From NCBI GenBank assembly GCA_001662655.1, contig KV460235.1: a stretch of 64,000 bases of DNA; one strand, given 5' to 3'. The translations under genes were made by a program, and so were the position numbers. Source of the DNA: Pseudogymnoascus verrucosus. Taxonomy: Eukaryota. Shown piece by piece: positions 13,267 to 26,950 of this stretch (positions are counted from its first letter, which is position 1; every line of letters starts with the position of its first letter). The notes under the pieces were generated by a model. That model worked only from the letters and a program-made list of their open reading frames with translations, was not told the origin of the DNA and did no database searches.

Positions 13267-14712
13267 TTAGCTTTGTTTGCACTCGGCAGCCTCCTGCTTT
13301 GGCTTGGCATTGTCGTCCTGGTTTTGTTAGATGCCGGCTGATAAATGGGCGGGAGCAGAACATACATCTTCTTCGGACTCATCCTCGTCATCGTGGTCTT
13401 CGCTAAGGTCATCATCTTCTTCATCATCGTCATCCTCGAAATCATGTTCCTCCAAATCATCATCCATCTCCTCAAACTGGAGAGCCTCTCCGGTGAACCA
13501 GTCCACGGCACGCGGGATGAGCTTCTCCTTAATGTCTTCTCCGAGCTGATAGTCCAACTCGAGGCGCTCCTCGATGTCGGATGCAGCATCATCATCGTCC
13601 TCATCCGTCGGTGCCTTTGGAGGAGAGAAGAAGTTGAAAAATGACTCCGTAGGCACGGTCTTCTTGACAACGCGGGTCTGCTTGGTGTCTAGGGAAGGGA
13701 TTAGTTTCGCTGCTATAACGCAAATTCAATACAGGCTTACTCTTGTTGCGCTGTTTCTTGCTCTCGATGCGAACAGTCAAGTCCTTGCCGGCCTTCCAGT
13801 CAATCTTGTCGCCTTCGGCGTGATCGTAGATGAAGTCACCGCCATAGCCGCTCTCATTTTGGTAGAAATATGTCTTCGTAATGGTCGTGTTGGTGAAGAA
13901 GTCATTCTCGGCAAACTCGAAAATCAGACGGAACCCAGGCTTGTCGAGGTATTCCATTCTCACGTCAGTGAGGTGCTTGAGGGCGGCCTCATCTCTGTCA
14001 GTGATCATTTCTGCGAGAGAAATCTGGTTCTTCATGGCAGAGAGCCAGAACTCTGGAATACCAGTGATGACATCCGTAGTCTCCTCTGGCTTGACGGCAG
14101 CCTCTTCCTCGTCCTTCTCCTCCTCTTCCTCGTCCTCCTCGCCAGCCTTGATCTCATCTTCGGTGGGCTCGGCGGTACCATTCACGATCGCAGCGCGCTT
14201 CTGGTAGAGCGGGGTGAATTTCTCGAAGTACTTCTTCTCCAGTTGTAGGACCTCCTCTTGAAATTCGGCCTCCAACTTAGAGTGATCCCTCTGGACACCC
14301 TTCAAGCCAGCGACACGACGGCGCACAGGTGTTGGCAGTGACTCGACGTATCCTGATGACTGGCCAACCAGCGAGCTGAGCTTTCCTTGAATCATCTGGA
14401 CAAGCTTTGGGTTTTGTGCGAAGATTGAGGCTGCAGCAGCTCTGTCGAATTCCTCTGGTGCTGAGTGTTAGAGTAATACTCACAATATCAAGAGAATGAA
14501 CATGAACATGTATATACCTTCTTTAATGCTTGAGACACCTGGCTGCTGAGCATGGGATGAAATAGGAGCGTTGTTCGCGGGCGTGTTTTGTGGCGTCCTA
14601 AAAAAAAACATCGTCAGTTACCGCCGCAACACGTCGTTTGCAACAAAGCGCCGATAACATACGGGGCAGTGGGGACGCCGTCCATTCTCTTGCTGCGAAT
14701 GGGTTCAGACAT
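13267..14712 (-). CDS. NAP1: Nucleosome assembly protein NAP1, multi-exon
   Basis: Contains [47 protein letters not shown] and an acidic tail. It ends in ECKQS*. Confidence 0.93.
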
Positions 14713-15178
14713 CTTCAATACGGTTGTACTTGAAGACAGTGAGTATGGTGGTTTGTATTGTCCAAGGTGTGAATCTTCTTGGATAGTAAAAAGAAGGTGG
14801 GGTTGGGGGGTGGTGAGGTGTCGTTGGGAACGGTGAAGTCTGAGGGGGAGGCGGTGGTTGAATTCAGAGCCGAATTTCACGTTGGGTTGAAAAAATGGTC
14901 TAAGATCTAGGCGTGGGGTCAAAGGCGAATCACGTGATTTTTGAGGTACAATCTTCGTTATCGCTAATCGCTAATCGCCGCAAAACAAGATAAACCTGGC
15001 TGGGCCTCTCTCTTCCCGGTTAGAGCCAAGAACAAGAACGCGTACAGAAGGGAGAAAGTGGAGTAACAAATTTGTTTTCGAAGTATTATGATATCTTTTT
15101 ACGTTCTGCAAAATGATATAATAACTCTGGAGGCCTCATTGGCATAAATTTCAGCTCCCCGTGGCATCTGACATCACA

Positions 15179-18100
15179 ATGGATTCCACCGATCCTGTGT
15201 CAGTTGCGCGTCCAGGGCGTAGGAGCTCTCAGGCTCCCCGCCCGTCAAATGAGAGCTATCGCTCCTCTCGCAGGCGTAATTCAAATCTAAGCTCCTCGAG
15301 CTTCATGGGCGATGTAGAAATGGCACATGATGAGGTCTGTAGTTTGACCGGCTCTCTATAAAGGCAGCAAATACTTACATATATCTAGATCTTTTCGGGC
15401 CCCATGTCCGAGAGCGTGCCCACGAGCGTCACATCATTTGCCCATCACAGAGCAAGAGCAGATTCTACCGCTAGCTTTACGTACTTGCAGCCTGCTGATG
15501 ATGCCCAGTGGCATGCTGCTGCGGCTGGAGACGAGGAGGCGTTGGAAGATGAAGAAGACATCTACCATGAAGATGACTACGAGGGAGATCTCTACGAGGA
15601 GGACTCCGCAGGATTGGAAGCCGGGCAGTTGTCAATGAGGCGCATGTCGTCAAATTATTCTCGGGGTTCTGTACATGACCGTTTACTTCAGAGCGACAGT
15701 GGAATATCTGAGAGCCATCCGCACGGTCGAGGTAAGGTGAGCCAAAGGATATATATCGTCAATGAGGACTTGACAATTGTTGTGGCCGGCTTCAGGACGA
15801 GCCAGGTGGGCAATATTGTCTATGGCATTATATGCGTTATAACATTCGGTCTGGCATACCTTTTATTCCGTTGGGTTCCTAAATGGCAGGTTTGGTTGAC
15901 TGGGTCACCAACCCCATTACGCGATTGCTCATGGGTGGTTATTGAGGTATGACCACTGCAATGTTGTCCATTTGCATGGGCTAATGGTTGCTACAGAATC
16001 AATGGGGCGAATTTGTTATTCAAGATCTAAATATCATCGACTATGAGAAGCCACTTTCAACAGTCTTCGGCGCGGAAAAGCATCGTCAAACATCATACGA
16101 AGATGATGATCCCATTTTGCCAAAATTGAGGCTTCTTGACTATCGTTACATGAGATTCTGCTTCCATCCTTTTAAGGGAAGGTTTGTATCAATTGATAGC
16201 TGGAAGGATCCCTCCTGGGTCGATGTCAAGTCTATCCGGGCTGGGATTGATGGCGAAGAAAAAGATACCCGTGAAGCAGTATTCGGAAATAATCTCATCA
16301 ACATCAAGGAGAAGACTATTCACCAGCTACTTATGGACGAGGTTGGTCCCTTCCGATATAACACCCTTTTCTGCAGCTAACTCGACAGGCTTTTCATCCA
16401 TTTTATGTCTTTCAGATAGCTAGTATCATCTTGTGGTCTCTTGATGAGTACTACTATTACGCCATGTGCATATTTGTCATCTCAGTTGCGAGTATCACAA
16501 CCACTGTTATTGAAACCCGCTCGGTACGTTTTCTTGTCGAAATCCAAGCACAGCTACTAATTGACACTTGAAGACCATGAAACGGCTGCGAGAGATCTCA
16601 AGATTTGAATGTGACATACGGGTTCTTCGTAATGGCTTCTGTGAGTTCCCCCGCCATGCTCACTGGATGATACTGATATTGGTGAAGGGCGCTATATTTC
16701 GTCAAGCGAATTGGTTCCTGGAGACGTTTACGAAGTAACAGATCCAGTATTGTCACAATTTCCATGCGACAGCCTCTTGCTATCTGGCGACTGTATTGTA
16801 AATGAGAGTATGCTGACTGGTGAGTTATGTATACCGATATTTCCCCCATGTTCCTAACAGTGTTAGGCGAGTCGGTGCCAGTTTCGAAAACGCCGGCCAC
16901 GGACGAGTCGCTCCAATACATGAATTTAGCAGCAACATCGGTGGCGCCTGAAGTGGGCAAACACTTCTTATTCTGTGGCACCAAAATCATTCGTGCTCGC
17001 CGACCTCAAGATGACAAAGATGATGAAGCAGTGGGCCTTGCAATGGCCGTTCGCATTGGATTCAATACGACCAAAGGAGCACTGGTTCGGTCTATGCTTT
17101 TCCCGAAACCATCAGGCTTCAAATTTTACCGTGACTCATTTCGATATATCTCGGTCATGGGTGGAATTGCTCTACTTGGTTTTACTGCCTCCTTCGTCAA
17201 CTTTGTGCGACTGGGACTTGCTTGGCATTTGATAATTGTTCGCGCATTGGACCTTATTACTATTGTTGTACCCCCTGCCTTACCCGCAACTCTAACTATA
17301 GGAACAAACTTTGCTTTATCGCGCCTCAGAAAGAAGCAGATTTTCTGCATTAGCCCGCAACGAGTCAATGTGGGGGGCAAGATTGATCTTATGTGCTTTG
17401 ACAAGACAGGCACACTCACGGAAGAGGGACTAGATGTCCTAGGGGTGCGTGTTGTGGAAGGCCCCGCGAATAGATTCAGCGATATACTACTTGATGCACC
17501 ATCGTTAGTTCCAGGGGCTTCATACGAACGAGATCCTACGGTAGATTACGACACCCACAAGGCTACACTTTTTACTATGGCGACGTGTCATTCGCTGAGA
17601 TCGGTTGAGGCGGGCCTAGTCGGCGATCCTCTGGATTTGAAGATGTTTGAGTTCACTGGATGGTCATTTGAAGAAGGTCAGCAAAACTCAGGCGAGATTG
17701 ACGATGATGAAAGTAAAGGCATTTCACCTTCAACCGCGAGGCCCCCCACGGAGTTGGAGTATGGCCTTCGTGAGTCTGATGGCTCAGAGAATGTAAGTAC
17801 CTTCTATACCTTGCATACTAGCATGCGCTAGAGGATTACTTGCTAACAGCGGTTCCAGTCAACTCCCATTGAGCTTGGTATTTTAAAATCGTTCGAGTTT
17901 GCGTCTCACTTGAGGAGATCAAGTGTGATTGTGAGGAATTTTGGATCTCGTGGGGTTGATATTTATGTCAAGGGCGCTCCCGAGTGCATGAAGGATATTT
18001 GTCGACCTGAAAGCTGTAGGTCGCTTCACTGACGTGTATTGGAGAAATCCGTCTAACTCCCACCAGTTCCTAATGATTACGATGAGCTGTTGACATATTA

Positions 18101-20005
18101 TACCCATAGAGGATTCCGAGTCATTGCCTGCGCACGGAGACACATACCTAAATTGAGCTGGGTCAAGGTACAAAGAATGAAAAGAAGCGAAGCCGAATCG
18201 CAACTTGATTTTATTGGCCTCATCATATTTGAGAACAAGTTGAAGCCAAGCACTCAAGGTGTTCTTGAAGTGCTTGAAAAGGCCCAGATAAGGAAGCTTA
18301 TGTGCACTGGCGACAATATTTTAACCGCTATAAGCGTTGCAAGAGAGTGCACTTTAATCGACAAAACCGCGCATTGCTTTGTCCCTCATTTTGCTGAAGG
18401 TAAGTCGCTATTCGAAGGAACATTTTATACCTTACAACCACTAATTATATGTGGCAGGGCATTTCCAGGATCCAAATTCTCGTTTGGTCTGGGAGAGCAT
18501 AGACAACCCCATATACCAGCTGGATGGTCGAACGCTTACGGTATGCACCCCAGATAGTATAACCATGTTTCGAACGCTTATTTTGATAGCCGCTTCCACC
18601 TCCCGCTGAAGGAGACGCCTCATTGCCTTACGATATATCAAACCTCAAAAATTTCTCTCTGGCTGTCAGCGGCGATGTGTTTCGCTGGATGATTGATTTT
18701 GCTTCTCCGGAGGTCATCCAAAAGGTTCGTGGTGAAATGTCCAAATACACATACTTTGCTGACAGTACTTCGAGATGCTTGTTGGAGGCCAGGTTTTTGC
18801 AAGGATGTCCCCTGACGAAAAACATGAATTAGTAGAAAAACTACAGAGCATCGGCTACTGTGTCGGATTCTGTGGCGACGGGGCGAATGACTGTGGAGCA
18901 CTGAAAGCCGCCGATGTTGGGATCTCCCTTTCCGAGGCAGAGGCTTCGGTTGCAGCCCCATTCACAAGCAGAATCTTTGACATCACATGTGTCCCAGAGG
19001 TTATACGGTAAGATCCACTGACCTGCCCTTTTTGCCTACTAATATTATAAATAGAGAGGGACGTGCAGCTTTAGTTACCAGCTTCAGCTGCTTCAAATAT
19101 ATGAGTCTGTACTCGGCAATTCAATTCACTTCCGTCAGCTTCCTATACGCCACCGCATCTAACTTGGGGGATTTCCAGGTATGATACTACCCAAACCCAA
19201 TGTTTAGTAATACTAATTGCCATAGTTTCTTTTCATTGATCTGGTTCTAATCCTCCCCATTGCAATTTTCAGTGAGTTGCACCTCTTTACAATGCGAACA
19301 GTTCTAATCACCTCATCAGTGGGTTGGACTGGGCCTTACCGGATACTCTCCAAGAGGCGCCCTACAGCCAACCTTGTGTCTCGCAAGGTATTAGTTCCAC
19401 TTATTGGGCAGATATTAATATGCATTTTGATCCAAGCAATTGGATACACGGTTGTGCAGCGGCAACCTTGGTATGTCACCCTTCATATTTGACTCAACCA
19501 GTGACTGACCGGTGATCAGGTACATCCCACCACACTTGGAAAAAGAGAAGTCCAACATCGAAAATTCTCAGAATACAACGCTCTTTCTAGTGTCATGTTT
19601 CCAGTATATTCTCTCTGGTATAATTTTAAGCGTGGGCCCACCTTTCAGGCAGCCTATTGGACAAAACCGTAAGTTTAACCTTCCATAAATGCCCAGGGAC
19701 GATTTACTAAGGCAAATGTAGTTCCGTTCGTCGTTACAATCGTGACAGGTCTGCTGTTTTCGTCATATATGCTGTTTGATCCTTCTAGGTGGCTGACGAA
19801 GTTCATGCAACTCACGGAAATGGACCTGGACTTTCGATTCTTTATTCTATCCCTCGGAGCTGTATATTTCTGCTTTGCTTGGGCCGGGGAATCAGTCATT
19901 TTCCCTGCTTTGTCAAGGTGGATTGGACAGACCATGCGTAAAGTTATCAAGTCTCCGAAACAGCGCAAAGTCTACAAGTTGGTTCGAGAGCAGCTCCGTA
20001 TATAA
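15179..20005 (+). CDS. YPK9: P5B-type ATPase (Ypk9/ATP13A2 family), multi-exon
   Basis: Contains PPALP, the CFDKTGTLT phosphorylation motif, [23 protein letters not shown] and [10 protein letters not shown] across exons. The long N-terminus and PPALP fit the P5B subtype. Confidence 0.88.
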
Positions 20006-20167
20006 AAGCAGTTGCGTCGTTGGATAGCGGCTCGCAACCGCGTGTGCAAATTGTGTATAATAAGTGAAAGGGTTGGAATTGAGTGAAGGAGGGCAAGGAG
20101 GAGTGGAGGCTATAGGCTCAGCAGCGCCTTTAGATTAGATGTAACATTAATATCGTGAGATTATAAT

Positions 20168-20237
20168 CCATACATCAGTCAAGATTTCAATTGAGGTTGT
20201 GACCATACATCAGTCAAGATTTCAATTGAGATTGTGA
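20168..20237. repeat. Tandem duplication, 2 x 35 bp
   Basis: CCATACATCAGTCAAGATTTCAATTGAG(G/A)TTGTGA occurs twice with one mismatch, between the convergent 3' ends of the P5B-ATPase and SES1. Confidence 0.9.
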
Positions 20238-20367
20238 GACAAATTTCCAAGGTTCATAACATGGTAGCTTTCTATTGATTTACCTCAAGCATAAGTCTAG
20301 CTCTGAAACATCAAATCAACCCAGGCGATCTTTCCGCCGTTGATTTCATCTTGCTATTCTAAGCTTT

Positions 20368-22097
20368 TCAGGTGCTGAGATTCTTCAACTTTTCTGTAAC
20401 AGCAGCTGCCCCACCAGCAACAGCGCTCGCGACCTTACCAGACTTTTCGGCCTTTGCCTTCGCTTTCTGCGAAGTGGAATCCTTTGGAAGCTCCTTGGTG
20501 AATGGAATGAAGTCAGGAGCACCAGGTAGGTACTTTCGGAGTGGCTCGGGTACGGTGAATCCCTATGGATGCTGTTTAGTGGTATGCCCGGAGGTAATTG
20601 GAATCGTGAGAAACTTACATCTTCGGTTTGGAAGTTTTCTAGCAGACAGCATAATGCGCGCTCGGTTGCGCACAGCGTGGAGTTAAGAGCATGGACATAC
20701 TTCTTCTTGACGTCCGTTTGGAGCTTGTTACCAAATCTAATCTCAAGTGCCCTCGACTGGTAGTCCGTGCAGTTCGAGCAAGACACGAGCTCCTTGTACT
20801 CGCCTTGGAAGGGGAACCAGGCTTCCAGATCGTACTTCTTCGCTGCGGCATTGTTCAGGGCACCAGAAACAATGGCGGCAACGCGGTATGGCACGCCCAA
20901 CGACTTATAAAAATCCTCGGAGACAGTGATCATATCTTCAAATGCCTCCCAAGACTTCTCTGGGTCGGTAAGAACAAATTGCTCAACCTTTAAACACAAA
21001 GTTAGCACAGGATCTCTTTGGAATGGGGTTCGCCTTACCTTTTCGAATTGATGAACACGGAAGATTCCCCAGGCGTCACGGCCGTGCGAGCCAGCCTCTC
21101 TTCTATAACAAGTGCTGAAACCAGCATACTTGATAGGAAGCTCCTTGTTCATAATCCACTCATCGGCATGGAAGGCAGATATTGGCTGTTCGGAGGTCGC
21201 GATAAGGTACTTATCATTTTGAGCATCGCCATCCACGACCTTGTAGAGCTCTTCATCGAACTGTTCAAGCTGAGCTGTCTTTGCCATATACTCCTTCAGC
21301 ATGAACTGAGGTGCCTGTAGCGCGGTATATCCTCTCTCCGACAAAAACTCAAGACCATAGTTAATCATGGCTTGGTTCAAAAATACACCCCAGTTTCTCA
21401 AAAAGTAGCCACGGTGGCCAACGACCTTGACACCTCTTTCTGGGTCATATCCATCCAAACGTGTCAGGACTTCGTGGTGGGACAGGACGTCGCGTTTTTC
21501 GACAGAGAATCCCTCGGGCGCCCACTTTCGCAGCTCGACGTTGTTGTCCTGTTGTCCGGTTAGATACTCTGCAGTACAATAAAGTACTTGGAAGCCTTAC
21601 CTCGTTGTTGTGAGTAGGCACAGACTCGTGGACGATGTTCCCAATGGTGGCAATCTTCTTCTTCAGTGCAACGTCCTTCTCACCGGCCAGTTCAATCTTT
21701 GCCTTCTTTTCTTTCTCTAGCTCAATCTTCTGGGCCATGAGCTCAGATGCATCTTCCTTGGCCTAATAAAAGTCGGTGGTCAGTTGTGCCTCCAAAGTGC
21801 CCCGCGCCTGGTTGTCTGAACGGTCACAACGAACCTTCTTCTTCGCACCGATCTGCTTTTGTATTTCATTGATCTTCGTGTTCACTTGGGTCGCTGAGTA
21901 CTGAGCTGTTGATATGTATAAGCGTATGATCTTCGAGACGTGTAGATTCGTGGGGCGCATTTACTCTTGCGGTGATCCTCATACAGCGCGATAACTTCGT
22001 CCACAACCTCCTCTGGCGCATATCTCCTCCTCTGCGACTCTTTGATTTGTTCCGGGTTTCCGCCCTTCTCGACGATGAAGTCGAATACGTCAAGCAT
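20368..22097 (-). CDS. SES1: Cytosolic seryl-tRNA synthetase, multi-exon
   Basis: Starts MLDVFDF...ESQRRR; contains YLIATSEQP, YRREAGSHG, GIFRVHQFEK, ELVSCSNCTDYQSR and HALNSTLCATER. Confidence 0.95.
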
Positions 22098-22281
22098 GTT
22101 TGCGACGTTCGGAGCTTCCGGTACAAATGAGGGGAAGGTTGTGGTGCTGGTGAAGTTGTTGTCTGTTTGGTGGTGGGTGGGATCTTTTTGGCCATTTGTT
22201 GGTGGGGTAAATTCAGGGTGGGCGGCGACACTGTCCCGTAGCTCGTCACATGTTCTCAAACCGCCATTTGGAAGACCATAT

Positions 22282-22288
22282 TGACTCA
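22282..22288. promoter_or_regulatory. Gcn4/CpcA (cross-pathway control) element TGACTCA upstream of SES1
   Basis: Perfect TGACTCA about 185 bp upstream of the SES1 ATG. Aminoacyl-tRNA synthetases are established Gcn4/CPC-1 targets. Function here is inferred. Confidence 0.6.
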
Positions 22289-22757
22289 TGCGGAGCAATC
22301 GCTCACAACGAATAATAAATAAATAATAATAAATAACAAGTAATCATGTTTCTGCGAGTCAAACATACACTATCCAAGATTCCTACTTGCCGTTTTAGTG
22401 TTTCTACAATGTGTAGTGGCAATACCCAATCAATCAATACAGTCGTGTCTGACAAACAGGTATTAAAAATATTCACAACACTAATTTTGTGATGCCAGCA
22501 TTGCCTCTGCTCTATTATTCTGAGCTATCCTATCTATTGCAGTAAAGCAAATCGTATCAGAGAGGTGAGGTAGAGTTGGCCTGTGGGGTTGAGGACGTGC
22601 TTGACAAATCTCTTGCGCCATGCTTCTTTCAAGTTGGAAAAGGCCCCTGAGGCAGATATATAACTCTGGTGAACTCTCCAACCTATTTAATAGGACGGCC
22701 ATGCCTCGATTGCCACGGTGTATTTACCGACCAACACATAAATCATCCCCCCTGTCT

Positions 22758-23514
22758 CTACATCACCAGGCACTTATTCCCCCCCGTCGGCTCATTTGGA
22801 TTCTGTGACTTCTCGATCTGTGCAATCATCAACTCAAATGCCTTGGTGACATTCTCATTGAATTGCGCGCTGGCTTCCGTCCATGCACACGAGTATTTCT
22901 CTGCGAGCTGCTTTGCATCTTCAGCAGTGACCTGGCGCTGCTCGGGTCGCAAATCGCTCTTGTTGCCGACGAGGACGACCGGTACCCAATCAGTCCCCTA
23001 ATGCATATGTTAGAATGTTCGCACTCTCTGTATGTGGCATGCTGGAAGGGACCGTACCAAGTGGTTCAGAATCTTGTCACGGATGACCTGTACCATCTCG
23101 AACGACTGCATCGAAGCAACCGAATACACCAGGATATACCCATGGATCCCAATGAAGTGCTTGGAATTAAGTATACTGTATTCATCCTAGAGCAATAGTT
23201 AGAAACTATAGTCCAAAAGCACAATGATATCACGTGAAAACGAAGACGCTTGCTCACCTGACCAGCTGTGTCGATGATATCTGTTGCGTATTCCTGGCCC
23301 TTGTACTTGATAACTTTGGTGAAAGTGTTTTCAATCGTGGGGTAGTAGCTCTCCACGAAATGTCCGTCGACGAACTGGACCGTCAGGGAAGATTTGCCTG
23401 TAATGTCATCATTAGCACATGCATGTGAGGTTTGTAAGGGAATCAACAGGGCAAATAACCAACTGAGCGCGAGCCCACAATGGCAATCTTCCGTTGCTTT
23501 GCTGGAGGCGCCAT
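22758..23514 (-). CDS. RHB1: Rheb small GTPase, multi-exon
   Basis: Contains RKIAIVGSRSVGKSSL (Rheb-specific Arg in the P-loop), YYPTIENTF, DTAGQ, VGNKSDL and the CaaX motif CLVM. Confidence 0.95.
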
Positions 23515-24165
23515 TTCTGATATCCTACGTATCGATACGTATGCTTCGTTCCTGGATATGGCTCCTTAATGAAGGTTTGTTGATGTTCTGCTTCCTCGAT
23601 CGAATAATCGAATAGTAGTGTTCCAGCGTTCCACAGTAGAGCCTGGATGATTTACGGATGGCTGTTTTGGGAATGGGCCGCTTTCATGGAACATACTTCT
23701 ACCGCCAGCCAAGTCACGCTACGTGATGGGGTAAATACAGACAATATTCCCCCCAGCTACCATATTTATTGTATTTTAAAAATAAGAACTTGCTGTTATG
23801 GGTAAATTCTGTATTGGTATAATTATGAATGTATTCTTGATGACAATACCTAATTTGTATGTATTTCTGTCGAGATGTAACCCAATGCCAATATTCTTTG
23901 CTTATATTTATATTTCTTATAATTTACGTTCTCAAAAGGTAGCGATGGGAACAAACCACCATTATAGTGTATGGAAAGCACTTAAGAAAATTCATTTAAC
24001 ATGCTGCTCGTTGCCGGCAGTGCATGTAATTCTATATGGGTATCTCTTCCATGGCTGCCTATTAAGCCCCCTGTCCAGTTTATCTACGCCGAGGCCAAAA
24101 GACAATAAATATGTGCCGAGTCGAAGTGTATATATATCCTATTGAGGAGACGATATGGCCTCAGG

Positions 24166-26950
24166 TCATTGTGATTCTTCTTCCATGGTCCCCAGCCTTG
24201 CCAGCATCCGCGAGAGCTTTTCCGTTAGGCCGCTTTGAGAATTCTGAACTTCTATGCCATCCCCAGACTGGGTGTCAACCTCCCTGTGGTGATCAATGAA
24301 CTCATCGACGGCCACTATCAGAGGCTTCAAACTGTGTCCAGGAAGACCAAGCCGCATTTGCCGCGCAGTATCTTTCGTCAGGGCCAGATACCCCAGAAGT
24401 ACAGCCAAGTAACCAAATGTTACATTGAGGTTAGCCCCCTCGACGGAATCAGCCTGTATAAATGTCAGCATGACAAGTCATGAAGGGAGCGAAATAATAA
24501 CAAACCTCAGGTGCCTTCTCCAACCCTGTTACGAATATCCGCACAGCATCTATCAAGCTTCCATTGTCAAGCGCCGGTGTTGGTTCGTTTGCCCGATCGC
24601 TCCATTCGACCAGGTTAATCATGATACCGATCATCAAGATAAGGCCATCCACTGACGTCGATTGTCTTTCTCCGGGTACCATATTCAACAACTGCTTGGA
24701 ATCTAATAGAATCGCATTGAACGCGTCATGGATGAATCCTGACGTTGAAAATATTTCTGATGCCAGGGAGTTATTGTTGGTGATGTTCAATGCGAGGCCC
24801 AACACCAAGGCTTTGGTTGATGAAAGCTCGCTCGGCACAGACCGAAGAGCCACATGTGTGATTTCACGAATGATAGCTAGATGACGGCCTCCCCACGCTG
24901 TATCTCCAGGGCGATTTGACAAACCCAGAGAACTAAGCTCTAAGATCGAGATTGTAAGATGAAGATCAGCGAACTGAAGTGGTCCCGTCGGCTGCCAGGA
25001 GTTTTCCTCGGTGTAAAGGTTGACGATCGAAAACAGACTTTCTGCAATCTCGTCGGAAACTATGCTTCCAGCTATGCCACTCTCGCGATTCTGCTTGACA
25101 ACAAAATAAAGGCAAGCAAGAGCAACTAAGCGAGGGGACAGCTTTTTCGGTTGAACCTCCCCCCATATTTGCATCTGTAAAAGTTTTTTGTGCTCCTGTG
25201 CTAGTAGCGTCTGTGTCATTTTGGACATGTTCGTTTTTCGTTGCTGTGATAGTGAGGTAATAGTATCATCAACTTTTAAAAGACGGTTGATAAAATCTGA
25301 GAACCCCTGGTTGAGCAGGTGAGAAGTTGCAATCGGCGAAGCTGTGGAGTTGAGCAAGATAACGAGGATCGAAGCGATTATAAAGCCTGAAATAATGTCT
25401 GTCTCATCGCCTAGACGAAGGAATAGGCGTTGATCCATTCCGTTAGAAATAAGACTCTTCAAGAAAGCCTTATCATGCGTTTTTCCAATAAGATCCAGCA
25501 ACCCGGATCGCCTCATGGAAGGCTGCTTCGTTGGCACGCCAATCCGTTCACTGAGGTCTTCAACCTCGTCCACAAACCGTTTGTTTGCGCCCGCCTGTCT
25601 CAGCTCATGGAATGTTCGGATCCCACCTCCGGGTTGCTTATCATCTTCCTCGTCATCCTCGTCTAAACTGTGGAGTCGCGTCAAGGTAGGCATTGCTCCC
25701 CGTCGTCTCCTCGGTGTTTCTGCAGCCTCGTCTTGAGATTGAGACAAGTTGGGGTCCATGCTGGTAAGAAGATTTTCCTCTGCCAGCATTGACCGCTGGC
25801 TGCTATACGTAATTCTTGGGCCTGGTGCTTGTGGCGCAACAATGGCTTGCTGCCCAACTGCTACGCCAGCAGGCTTATCCGTGTCACTCGTCAGGTTGAT
25901 ATCGGGAGGGACGTCTGAAATCCCTCTTTCAAGGCCAATATTGCTCCGCTGGGCAGCAGGGACGGACTTGGAAGCCTTCTTTTCAGCGAAAGAGTCTATC
26001 AATCGCCGTCTTGGAAGTCGTCGATTCACCCCTCTATCTTGTACGGCGGAATGTTCCGTTGCCTGGTGGGAGACGCCATCGAAACCATCCCCCAGTAGCC
26101 CATTCCACATTTTCACGCTTTTTGGAGTGAGTCCCGTTGGCGTTGACCGCCCACTGAAATCGAGGCCAGAGTCCGTAGTGTCACGGACGGGAGTGGTCGT
26201 TCCCGGCGCATCGAAGGCAATAGTCGACGATTTTGGCACCGGAGAATTCCGACGCGGGGTAATTGATTGGGATCGATCACTTGTTGAGGAATATGTATTA
26301 TGTCGCTGTGTTCCTTGGCCTTTATCTTTCTTGGGGGCAGCCGTGGAAGATGGTTCGCCACGGGTGGTGGTATCGGGTTTTGCCTTTGCTCGACCTGGCA
26401 GGCCGTGCTTTGCGCCAGAGGCAGCATGTGATAATGAAGCCGGTTTCGTCGGATTCGATATTTCATCTCCACTGGGCCGTGTCTCTCTGTGTTGCACAAT
26501 GCTAGACTTCGGAGCGCGGGCTTTGGATGCGATGTTGCGTTGCGGGGTTGTATAGGGAGAGTGGCCATTGCTCGTATCTGCCGTCGCCGGCTTCTTGACC
26601 TCAACGTGCTCCTTTTTCATTCTCTTTGGTGATGCTTGGGGTTGTTTCGCAATACGTTTTCTCTTGTCTGGGCGTGAGGTGCCATTATCGCTGTCGCTCG
26701 GAAAGTCGAAAACGTTGGGGTCATCGGTGACTGGGGAAGGGCTGGCTTGCGGGGGCTGAACGTGGACAGAGGTATCTGCGGTAGGCTCTATATTCCGGGG
26801 AACAGAGTACTGGCGACTCCTGCCACCTCCGGTGTCGTCTTTAAAGGTTTTGGCTGGCGCCAGGTAGTCGGGTCCAGGCCGCCGTCGCGCTTTGCCGTAA
26901 GTCGCAAAGGACCTTTTCCGCAACGTGGTGTCATTGCCAGTTGCCATCAT
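24166..26950 (-). CDS. Wings apart-like (WAPL) cohesin-release factor
   Basis: Long disordered N-terminus, then RTFHELRQAGANKRFVDEVEDL and a helical domain (LALNITNN; NVTFGYLAVLLGYL) typical of fungal WAPL. One intron lies near 24455-24505. Confidence 0.72.

Noticed and set aside
13574..14248. 224-aa + strand ORF and similar long antisense ORFs (e.g. 25749..26555, 55049..55654, 59258..59740)
   Set aside because: These are shadow frames opposite well-supported genes (NAP1, WAPL, importin, aminopeptidase P), expected from codon bias.
20168..20237. Repeat pair as a possible CRISPR array
   Set aside because: Only two directly adjacent copies, no spacer, eukaryotic context and no cas genes.
22098..22298. 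In-frame N-terminal extension of SES1 as a possible mitochondrial isoform
   Set aside because: The extension is acidic and not presequence-like, and its ATG sits inside the Gcn4 element, so it is probably upstream of the TSS.
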